Assembly: GCA_020637435.1 (NCBI GenBank)
Contig: JACJVW010000001.1
Location: forward strand, 150,237-214,236
Length of the DNA stretch: 64,000 nt
DNA from: Candidatus Woesearchaeota archaeon
Lineage (GTDB): Archaea > Nanobdellota > Nanobdellia > Woesearchaeales > JACJVW01
Direction: 5' to 3'
The translations under genes and the position numbers were made by a program. The notes beneath the pieces were generated by a model. It did no database searches, had not been told where the DNA came from, and saw only the letters and a program-made list of their open reading frames with translations. This document shows, piece after piece, positions 37,564-44,276 of this stretch; the first letter of the stretch is position 1, and the number at the start of each line of letters is the position of its first letter.

Positions 37564-37616
37564 ATTGCCTTATATGGACGTTACCATTCATAAATATTAC
37601 GATAAACAACAAACCC

Positions 37617-38387
37617 TCAAATGAAGAAAAGATAGTAAAGAGTGATTAGCAACACGAAAAAGATATTGACCAACAACCCTTTCTGCAGCTCATTACGTTT
37701 GCCGCTAAGCGCAAAATAGGCGAAGAAGACTGCGCAGTATCCCCCAAGGTGCGCCCAATGACCTATGCCGTCATTGACTGGATAGAGCACACCACTGATA
37801 TCAGACCAGATAGCAATCCAGGCTACCGCGAGCACCGGCATAGGAAATCCAAACAGCATATACGTCAGATAGAACGGCTCTATAAGGATAGCGACAGCGA
37901 TTATACCTGCGATAGCCCCGCTCGCCCCAAGACCTCCCTGGCCGGCCAATGCACTGAACACATCAGCGATAAGCGCAGACATGAAGTACACAAGGAGATA
38001 CTTCACGGGCGATATCTTCCGCTCAAGTATTCGACCGAAGATGTAGAGAAAGAGCATATTTCCCAGAAGGTGTAATAGGTTCGCATGCAAAAACCACGAC
38101 GACACGATAGGTACCACATTAAAAGTCAGTAGATCAGCGGGCATGAAGATAAGCTCACGCAACTGCTCTTCACTCAGATAGAAGATCTCCAGCAGATACA
38201 CAATACTGTTCAGGAAGATAAGCGCAACTGTTAGCTTAGGTTCGAAGAGGAAGACGCCTAGTTCGCGAAGCGGTTTCGTCAATTCATCGGCGCCTCGTTT
38301 ACCAAACAGCACAAGGATAAGCAGGAACGGCAGCTTAAGGACAAACACCAGTTGCCTCCAGACGAATCCAGACTCGCTCTCTATCAT
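37617..38387 (-). CDS. rhomboid-family intramembrane serine protease
   Basis: HANLLHLLGNMLFLYIFG is followed by the catalytic GASGAIAGI and AHLGG. Confidence 0.85.
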   Translation of the reverse strand: MIESESGFVWRQLVFVLKLPFLLILVLFGKRGADELTKPLRELGVFLFEPKLTVALIFLNSIVYLLEIFYLSEEQLRELIFMPADLLTFNVVPIVSSWFLHANLLHLLGNMLFLYIFGRILERKISPVKYLLVYFMSALIADVFSALAGQGGLGASGAIAGIIAVAILIEPFYLTYMLFGFPMPVLAVAWIAIWSDISGVLYPVNDGIGHWAHLGGYCAVFFAYFALSGKRNELQKGLLVNIFFVLLITLYYLFFI

Positions 38388-38545
38388 AACCTGTATCCTA
38401 AAAACCTGATTATATAATCCTTTTCAACAGAGCCGATAGCCTTTATTTTAAGGCTTCAGAGCTCCTAACGCAAAAATCCCCCTTACGAAACCTTTATAAA
38501 ACCCCTCCTATTCCTGGAACTACATACCCAGATGACCGAATATTG

Positions 38546-38644
38546 GGGCTGTGGGGTAGCTTGGTTCATCCTTTCTGGTTTGGGTTGAGGCCGCGCGCTT
38601 CAAAAAACACCAGACGACCCCAGTTCGAATCTGGGCAGCCCCAT
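38546..38644 (+). tRNA. tRNA-Pro (anticodon UGG) with a 24-nt canonical intron (38586-38609, between positions 37 and 38)
   Basis: The acceptor stem GGGGCTG/CAGCCCC is followed by discriminator A. The T arm is CCCAG-TTCGAAT-CTGGG. The anticodon stem is TCTGG/CCAGA and the loop is TT-TGG-G[intron]A. The mature length is 75 nt and CCA is not encoded. Confidence 0.85.
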
Positions 38645-38648
38645 CCGA

Positions 38649-38876
38649 CATTTGAGCAAATGTACAATAAAAGACATCCACATCATCAAGTGTGGATGGA
38701 AGCATTTGCGAAAATGGCGGGGTACATTTGAGCAAATGTACAATAAAAGACATCCACATCATCAAGTGTGGATGGAAGCATTTGCGAAAATGAGAGGGTA
38801 CAAGAATCAATGTACGAAAAAAAACCTCATCAGCAAGTGAGGATGGAAGCATTGATTCGAAACAAAAGTTTATAGC
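38649..38876. repeat. 76-bp tandem repeat, 2 near-identical units plus 1 diverged unit, each with palindromes/hairpin
   Basis: The units start at 38649, 38725 and 38801. Units 1 and 2 contain the palindrome ACATTTG-AG-CAAATGT and the hairpin CATCCACA-tcatcaag-TGTGGATG. Unit 3 keeps the hairpin as CCTCA-tcagcaag-TGAGG. Confidence 0.85.
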
Positions 38877-38947
38877 AATCCCACGTTAAAAAAACGTGAA
38901 ATGCAATTCAGAACAAAGATTAACCTTCGTCATCACAGGTCAAAAAA

Positions 38948-39253
38948 ATGGCTAAAGCTAAAAATTTTGGATCAACAAAGCGATTCGGAGCAAGATACGG
39001 CCGAACCGTCAAAGAAAAGGCAGCAAAAGTCGAAAGTGTGCTGCGTAAGAAGCATAAATGCCCTTACTGTAACACCCTTGGCGTTAAACGGCAGGCTGCA
39101 GGCATCTGGCTCTGCACAAAATGCGGTGCTAAATTCACCGGCCAGGCATACACTCCTGAACAGCGGATGTCCGCAAGAAGCAAGCAGAGCATGCTCGATG
39201 AAGAACTCATCGATATTGAAGAACCTGTCAAAGAGGAAGGTGAAGTTCAATAA
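38948..39253 (+). CDS. rpl37ae: 50S ribosomal protein L37Ae (eL43)
   Basis: MAKAKNFGSTKRFGARYG is followed by the zinc ribbon CPYC...CTKCG. The C-terminal tail is acidic. Confidence 0.9.
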   Translation: MAKAKNFGSTKRFGARYGRTVKEKAAKVESVLRKKHKCPYCNTLGVKRQAAGIWLCTKCGAKFTGQAYTPEQRMSARSKQSMLDEELIDIEEPVKEEGEVQ

Positions 39254-39390
39254 TGGTACACTACAAATGTTTCAGTTGCGGCAAGAAAGTCAGCGACGAA
39301 TACACTAAAAAACGTGTACGTTGTCCATATTGTGGTAGCAAGATCCTCTACAAGCCAAGAGAGATCACCACAAAAGTCAAAGCAAGATGA
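39253..39390 (+). CDS. rpoP: DNA-directed RNA polymerase subunit P (Rpo12)
   Basis: This 45-aa ORF is not in the track: MVHYKCFSCGKKVSDEYTKKRVRCPYCGSKILYKPREITTKVKAR. It has a CxxC...CxxC zinc ribbon. Its TAATG overlaps rpl37ae and its ATGA overlaps the next gene. Confidence 0.75.
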   Translation: MVHYKCFSCGKKVSDEYTKKRVRCPYCGSKILYKPREITTKVKAR

Positions 39391-39608
39391 AGCTTGAAGC
39401 GACCATCATCGCATACGATGATGCGCTCGAGCAGGTCTTTTCCGCTGAGACTGAGATAAACAACGATCGGGCGTCCTGGGAACTTAGGAAAGTGGGTGAC
39501 CAGACGCAGTTCCATATTACAGCGACTGATTCTACCGCATTGCGTGCAGTTTTAAATTCCATTACCAGGTCTTTGACCGTGATCGAGAAAATGAGGGAGA
39601 TTAGATGA
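39387..39608 (+). CDS. pcc1: KEOPS complex subunit Pcc1
   Basis: The size (73 aa) fits, as does the C-terminal ALRAVLNSITRSLTVIEKM pattern. It occupies the conserved archaeal position next to rpoP and pfdB. Confidence 0.65.
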   Translation: MKLEATIIAYDDALEQVFSAETEINNDRASWELRKVGDQTQFHITATDSTALRAVLNSITRSLTVIEKMREIR

Positions 39609-39919
39609 CCGACATGAATGACAACCTCAAGAAACTGCAGACCTACGAACAGAATATGCAGGGGATTCTCAGGCAGAAACAGGATGTTTCCAGTCAGCTC
39701 ATCGAAATCGAATCCGCTCTCTCTGAACTTGGCGAAGTCAATTACAAGATTGTCGGCAACATCATGGTCAGACAGGACAAGGATAAACTGCGCAAAGACA
39801 TTGAAGAGCAGAAAGAGACGCTCAATCTGCGCCTAAAATCGCTCGAAAAACAGGAAAATCTTATTAAGGACAAATCCAAAGAAGTTCAGGAGAAAGTTCT
39901 AAAGCACATGGAGAAGTGA
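39605..39919 (+). CDS. pfdB: prefoldin beta subunit
   Basis: The pattern is coiled coil, beta hairpin, coiled coil: LQTYEQNMQGIL...NYKIVGNIMVRQDKDKL...LEKQE. Confidence 0.75.
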   Translation: MTDMNDNLKKLQTYEQNMQGILRQKQDVSSQLIEIESALSELGEVNYKIVGNIMVRQDKDKLRKDIEEQKETLNLRLKSLEKQENLIKDKSKEVQEKVLKHMEK

Positions 39920-39924
39920 AGACG

Positions 39925-40173
39925 ATGCCAGGCAAATTCGATGCGATCACCGATTACCTAAAAGAACTCATTGACGATAATACTGTTCCACGCAACATCA
40001 AGACAAAGATTGCATCTATCATCGAGATTCTCGAAAAGGAAGCTGAAGAGGACAGCATCAAAGTCAACAAAGCGCTTGATGAGCTTGAGGAGATAAGCAA
40101 TGACACCAATATGCAGCCTTTCACCAGGACGCAGATATGGAATGTCATCTCCTTGCTTGAAAACAGTCTCTGA
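39925..40173 (+). CDS. UPF0147 family protein
   Basis: DDNTVPRNIKTKIASIIEIL and SNDTNMQPFTRTQIWNVISLLE match UPF0147. GTG 39916 is an alternative start. Confidence 0.7.
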   Translation: MPGKFDAITDYLKELIDDNTVPRNIKTKIASIIEILEKEAEEDSIKVNKALDELEEISNDTNMQPFTRTQIWNVISLLENSL

Positions 40174-40737
40174 TTACAATTTCTTTGATTTCTTCACTTC
40201 GTACTTCAACAGAAGAGAGTTTGGTATAGAGATGGTATCACCTGTCTTCGTGACCAGCCTAGTCTCTGTAAGATTTATCTGTTCGACCTTGCCGCGCATG
40301 CCTCTAAAGACAAGAATATCTCCTTCATGGATAAATCCCTTTCCTTGGATGCTCAGGCCTGCAAAAAAGTTCGGAATGAAATCCCTTACTGCCAGTACAA
40401 AGGATATCAACAAGACAAGAATGATCGCAGCCGATATAAGATACAATAGAGGCGTAGTCAATCCCAGTTGATTCAGTGCCATGATGATGACAAAGAAGTA
40501 GATAAGATAGCTGGTAACTCTCCCCGTCGCTTCTTCAAGGTTCAATCGTCTCTTCGTCGCGCTCTTGATCATCTTATCAAGCTCAATCTCATGCAAAACG
40601 CGATGGACAACTTTGCCAAGAAGTCTACCGACAACAAAACCGATAAGGATGATGACAGCCGCTAGTATAAACCGAACAAGAATATCAGAATACACTATAG
40701 AACTGTAATCGAAGAGCTTATCGATGATGGACATCAC
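40174..40737 (-). CDS. small MscS-like mechanosensitive channel protein
   Basis: Three TM helices are followed by the beta-domain segment GDILVFRGMRGKVEQINLTETRLVTKTGDTISIPNS. It is short and lacks the usual C-terminal domain. Confidence 0.6.
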   Translation of the reverse strand: MMSIIDKLFDYSSIVYSDILVRFILAAVIILIGFVVGRLLGKVVHRVLHEIELDKMIKSATKRRLNLEEATGRVTSYLIYFFVIIMALNQLGLTTPLLYLISAAIILVLLISFVLAVRDFIPNFFAGLSIQGKGFIHEGDILVFRGMRGKVEQINLTETRLVTKTGDTISIPNSLLLKYEVKKSKKL

Positions 40738-41408
40738 TTATACCTCTTCTTGCCACCCATATAGATTATCGCTTTCTTCTGGCGCTGCAGACCAAAATAA
40801 ATGATAGCCAGTATCACAAGGATAAGGATGACGAACGCATAACCTGTGTAAGCAGAAGGGACATCTTCAGATGCCGTAGCAGGGTGATCGACAGTGTTGC
40901 AGGTGTGATTGATGACTTCACCCTCACAAGACACATTAAGGCATCTGTAGATACGGGTATTGCAAAATTCATAATCGAGGCATTCAGCATCGCTCTCACA
41001 TTCAAGGTCTTCCTTAAGAGTCATAGTCAAACTCTTTTTGATATCAGTGCAAACTTCCCTTTGCGTGATACTATCCAGTTGGCTCACATTGACGCAACCT
41101 TTATAGAAATAGGTGAATCCTTCATCTGGTTTGAACATCGGTACCTCAAACGTCAAAGAATAAATCTCCCCTGGCGCAATAAGAACAGGGCTGGATACCT
41201 GACCGAACCTTTTTTCAAGCTGAGTCTCATAGAGGAAGTAATCCGTCACCACGATAGAGAAATTTAGATTGTTCTCAATAGTCATATTAAACTCAACATT
41301 CTCTCCATCAAGACAGATATTGTTGGGACATGTATGGCTGACACTTATACCTGCATATGCTACTGACGAAAGCATGAAAAGCATGATAATTCCGAGTATG
41401 GATTTCAT
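40734..41408 (-). CDS. Cys-rich surface protein with signal peptide and C-terminal TM anchor
   Basis: The signal peptide is MKSILGIIMLFMLSSVAYA. A Cys-rich stalk (CESDAECLDYEFCNTRIYRCLNVSCEGEVINHTC) precedes the TM helix YAFVILILVILAIIYF. Confidence 0.6.
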   Translation of the reverse strand: MKSILGIIMLFMLSSVAYAGISVSHTCPNNICLDGENVEFNMTIENNLNFSIVVTDYFLYETQLEKRFGQVSSPVLIAPGEIYSLTFEVPMFKPDEGFTYFYKGCVNVSQLDSITQREVCTDIKKSLTMTLKEDLECESDAECLDYEFCNTRIYRCLNVSCEGEVINHTCNTVDHPATASEDVPSAYTGYAFVILILVILAIIYFGLQRQKKAIIYMGGKKRYK

Positions 41409-41521
41409 GAGAATATGGACTATGATTTACCTTATAAATCTTATTTTTAGTGAAAAGTCCTAAGATATCAGAAAAAGTTACCAAGATGTAGATACGCTGC
41501 TTACATCAAGCAGTAAAACAT

Positions 41522-42910
41522 TCATTTCCTATGGTCACTCAGCCAGCTTCGAAATACAGCTGCATCCTCTGGTGAATTATTGAGCTTATCCATGATATAC
41601 GCATACATACCCTTAAGCATCTGACAGCGCGCATTCAAAGGATTGATAGTAACCAGATTCCCTGATTCCGCGTAATTGCAGACCGGACATACCCCGCAAT
41701 AGGGTTTCCATACGCAGGTATCGCACATCAGCGTATCATTAGTGGATGCGGCGACGATACTCATGACCTTATCGCTCGTGATGACTGACTGGTAATCTTC
41801 TTCCTCAACATTTCCAAGCTTAAAGATCTCTCCGGCAAGCCTTCCCTCATCACAAGTGTAAATATCTCCTTTCTCTGTATAAGCTATCTGGCCGGTGGCT
41901 GCGCCGCACGGGCTTGCCAGATCAGTGTACCAGGCATTCTCTAGATGAAACTTCTTCAGAATATAATAAACAAATCTGTCCGGAAGCAGCCTTCCTTTCT
42001 TATTGATCTCGAGCAGATACTCCATCCCTTCCTTCCAGAATGAAAGGAATTCCTCCGCCGTGTACATGATATCGGGTTCATCCTGCGCATAGCCAAGATT
42101 GTCCAGATAGCGAAGTTTCAACCAGGGCAGGTCATACTTGAGATATTCGTCGATGATCTCTTTAGCATAGGGCAGACTCCTCTTCGTGATGACCATAAGC
42201 GCGTTGACCGGATAATTGTACTCCTCCTTGATGCGCCTGATCCATTTTGTGGTGATAGCATGTCCGCTGCCCTGACCAAGCATCGCCCTATTTTTGTCAT
42301 GGATATAAGCCGGGCCATCCAACGTGGTGCAGATCTCAACATTATGCTCCATAAGATAAGCAAGATACTGCTCATTCATCGCAGCAAGATTTGTCACAAG
42401 AGCGAATTTCACCTGTTTAGGTTGCTCCTGCTGCTTATGCTTCACACGCTCGATGATATACTGCACTATCCTGAAATTAAGCAGCGCATCCCCTCCCTGA
42501 AACTCGATCGTGAGCGGATCAGAAGGGCATTCGAAGATAAAGTCGACTATTCTTCGGGCAGTCGGCCGGTCAAGATCATAGCCCTGCTCAGTAAGCGGCA
42601 CAGACTTGGAATGACAATAGCTGCATTTATGATTGCATCGTTGCGTAGGAACGACGATATGCAAGCTTGGTCCCTGTTTGATATGAGCATATTTCTCTTC
42701 ATATTGTGCGACAATTTTCCCCCTGTTCTTTGGAGTAAGTATGACCAGCTCCTTCTCAAGACGTTTGTAAAGCGCACTGTCTTCGCTGATCTTGCCGCTG
42801 GAGAGAAGCTCATAGTCGGGCTTGTCCAGGACAACCCATGCACCGCTATCGCTCGTCACTAGCATCTGATCCCGCAAGGGTAGCGAACGCAATTTTACTG
42901 ATTCCATCAT
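41522..42910 (-). CDS. radical SAM/SPASM-domain maturase (HxsB/anSME-like)
   Basis: The CX3CX2C motif lies in VPTQRCNHKCSYCHS, after an N-terminal extension of about 95 aa. The C-terminal SPASM Cys motif is CDTCVWKPYCGVCPVCNY. ATG 42910 overlaps the upstream stop as ATGA. Confidence 0.85.
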   Translation of the reverse strand: MMESVKLRSLPLRDQMLVTSDSGAWVVLDKPDYELLSSGKISEDSALYKRLEKELVILTPKNRGKIVAQYEEKYAHIKQGPSLHIVVPTQRCNHKCSYCHSKSVPLTEQGYDLDRPTARRIVDFIFECPSDPLTIEFQGGDALLNFRIVQYIIERVKHKQQEQPKQVKFALVTNLAAMNEQYLAYLMEHNVEICTTLDGPAYIHDKNRAMLGQGSGHAITTKWIRRIKEEYNYPVNALMVITKRSLPYAKEIIDEYLKYDLPWLKLRYLDNLGYAQDEPDIMYTAEEFLSFWKEGMEYLLEINKKGRLLPDRFVYYILKKFHLENAWYTDLASPCGAATGQIAYTEKGDIYTCDEGRLAGEIFKLGNVEEEDYQSVITSDKVMSIVAASTNDTLMCDTCVWKPYCGVCPVCNYAESGNLVTINPLNARCQMLKGMYAYIMDKLNNSPEDAAVFRSWLSDHRK

Positions 42911-43122
42911 AGTACATACTCGTTTGCAACAGTGCCAAACGCGTAATTGCAAAATTCAAGTCCGACCTCTTCAAGGTCTCCTTCACCTTTGAGTTCAAGC
43001 CGTACCTGTGAACCAACTAGCTCTGCTTCAACAATATCAGCGAAAGCAGCTATAGTTTCCTGTATTGAATCAAAAGGATAGAACTTTGTGGCAAAATCGA
43101 TCACCATCACCTTGCCTTCCAT
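42907..43122 (-). CDS. small HxsD-like protein (71 aa)
   Basis: The start ATG 43122 lies directly after the upstream stop. The product is acidic, with KFYPFDSIQETIAAFADI and EFCNYAFG segments. The HxsD resemblance comes from memory of that family and is not verified. Confidence 0.45.
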   Translation of the reverse strand: MEGKVMVIDFATKFYPFDSIQETIAAFADIVEAELVGSQVRLELKGEGDLEEVGLEFCNYAFGTVANEYVL

Positions 43123-43123
43123 C

Positions 43124-43453
43124 TTAATCAGAAGGATCACCCCAGGGTACAAGCAGTTCTTCTCTGTTAGGGTCATAGCCGGCTGTCAATAAGACTCTTT
43201 GCTGCAGCAATTGTCTCGTCTTCGCGTGCTGCGAAGATTGCAGACCGTACATCGCAAGGCAAATCAACTGATCCCAAAACAGATGCACCACATCAGTCTT
43301 ACCATCTTTGGGGCGTAGATAGACCTGTACATGTGCATCATCTTCTTCAAAAAACACATATGATTTTTCCAGAAGCGCATACGCTGCCGCATACACTACT
43401 TCCAGAGGAAAAATATCGTTATGCACACAGATGATCTTAAACCCATCCAACAT
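43124..43453 (-). CDS. small HxsD-like protein (109 aa)
   Basis: ATG 43453 (MLDGFKIICVH) lies 26 nt from the centre of the TATA element at 43475-43483; the track started at TTG 43474. The IFPLEVVYAAAYALLEKSYVFF and FWDQLICLAMYGL segments are reminiscent of HxsD. Confidence 0.5.
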   Translation of the reverse strand: MLDGFKIICVHNDIFPLEVVYAAAYALLEKSYVFFEEDDAHVQVYLRPKDGKTDVVHLFWDQLICLAMYGLQSSQHAKTRQLLQQRVLLTAGYDPNREELLVPWGDPSD

Positions 43454-43474
43454 AGGAACAGGGGCATATTCCAA

Positions 43475-43483
43475 TTTTAAAAA
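43475..43483. promoter_or_regulatory. near-palindromic TATA-like element (TTTTAAAAA) between divergent coding potential
   Basis: It lies about 26 nt upstream of ATG 43453 on the minus strand and about 22 nt upstream of GTG 43501 on the plus strand. Confidence 0.45.
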
Positions 43484-43500
43484 GGTTGCTGCTATAACCA

Positions 43501-43581
43501 GTGCTCCGAAAGGAAGTCATCGATGTACGCAAAAAGAATTTTGGACAAATGTTAGGTGCAGCTGAACAGAGATGTTTCTGA
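43501..43581 (+). CDS. candidate small ORF 1 (26 aa, GTG start: MLRKEVIDVRKKNFGQM-LGAAEQRCF)
   Basis: It begins at the first base of 50-bp repeat copy 1. Its first 17 codons are identical to those of candidate ORF 2. There is no independent expression evidence. Confidence 0.25.
   Translation: MLRKEVIDVRKKNFGQMLGAAEQRCF
43502..43551. repeat. 50-bp perfect direct repeat, copy 1
   Basis: The sequence TGCTCCGAAAGGAAGTCATCGATGTACGCAAAAAGAATTTTGGACAAATG is identical to 43644-43693. It contains the palindrome CATCGATG. Confidence 0.95.
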
Positions 43582-43642
43582 ACAGGTATCACCTCATTTG
43601 GACAAAACGAGCATCGATGACTGCAGTGAGGAGTACTGGTCA

Positions 43643-43747
43643 ATGCTCCGAAAGGAAGTCATCGATGTACGCAAAAAGAATTTTGGACAAATGAAAGGTA
43701 CAGAAATAGTATATAATAGAATTACAGCAGATTGCGAACTTTGGTGA
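43643..43747 (+). CDS. candidate small ORF 2 (34 aa: MLRKEVIDVRKKNFGQM-KGTEIVYNRITADCELW)
   Basis: ATG 43643 is preceded by GTGAGGAG about 11 nt upstream. Its N-terminal 17 aa are identical to those of ORF 1. Its 3' end overlaps the convergent wHTH gene. Confidence 0.3.
   Translation: MLRKEVIDVRKKNFGQMKGTEIVYNRITADCELW
43644..43693. repeat. 50-bp perfect direct repeat, copy 2
   Basis: It is identical to 43502-43551 and lies 142 bp downstream. A partial third set of the submotifs (TTGGACAAA, CATCGATG) lies between the copies at 43598-43619. Confidence 0.95.
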
Positions 43748-43991
43748 TAAGTTCTGCTATCTCGTTGCCTTTTTTCGTCAGCGTCAGCAGTTTAAGCCGT
43801 CCTTGTTTGTCGAAATTGATGATTCCAGCATTCTGCATTTCCTGAAGGATCTTGACCACATGAGAATAGGTACAATCAATCTTCTTTGCAAGGCTGGAAG
43901 CATAGATTTCTGACTTCGCATTGCGAAGTTCAACAAGGATCATCGCTGGTTTCTGACGGAAAATAACATTGAAGATATTCTCATCGGTCAT
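43722..43991 (-). CDS. small winged-helix transcriptional regulator
   Basis: The 89-aa product contains IYASSLAKKIDCTYSHVVKILQEMQNAGIINFDKQGRLKLLTLTKKG, a wHTH of ArsR/MarR-like type. Confidence 0.7.
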   Translation of the reverse strand: MTDENIFNVIFRQKPAMILVELRNAKSEIYASSLAKKIDCTYSHVVKILQEMQNAGIINFDKQGRLKLLTLTKKGNEIAELITKVRNLL

Positions 43992-44276
43992 ACACTAAAA
44001 CCTCCACTCCATACTATATATCCCGACATGTAGGAATAATCCAACAGTATTTAAACCTTATCTTTTTAAGGATAAGGCGGTCTGAAACCCTTTGCTACAA
44101 AGGAATACAAAAAGAGTAGCGGTCTTTAAGAGACCACAAACACGCCTACGAAATACATACCAATACCCAAATCCCTACAACAAATCTCACCCATAGCGTA
44201 ACTGCTCTTCGCACGCACCGATGTCCAGGACCACAGGACAAGCAAAACCCATATAAAACCCATCCCTTCCACAAGA

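Noticed and set aside
38543-38840. Track ORFs 38543-38731 and 38652-38840 (62 aa each) across the tRNA and the tandem repeat.
   Set aside because: One overlaps a well-folding tRNA. The repeat period is 76 nt, not a multiple of 3, so the apparent peptide repetition shifts frame. Structural palindromes explain the sequence better than coding does.
38649-38876. I considered whether the 76-bp tandem array is a CRISPR array or a set of C/D box sRNAs.
   Set aside because: There are no unique spacers between the units, since they are contiguous, and there are only three units. The only TGATGA (minus strand) sits in the hairpin loop, and I found no matching CTGA D box or terminal stem.
43437-43643. 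A 68-codon Cys-rich frame on the maturase strand, considered as a called gene.
   Set aside because: It is not called as a feature. It has only a TTG start, runs through the TATA-like element and overlaps the start of the next gene. It is kept only as an alternative substrate hypothesis in the findings.
44000-44276. A 285-bp gap upstream of xpd with short hairpins (CCTTATC...GATAAGG, GGTCT-ttaag-AGACC) and track ORF 44126-44335, considered as an ncRNA or small gene.
   Set aside because: The stems are short, at 5-7 bp. I saw no C/D or H/ACA boxes and no tRNA-like features. The ORF overlaps the xpd start on the opposite strand and has a low-complexity translation. Evidence is insufficient.
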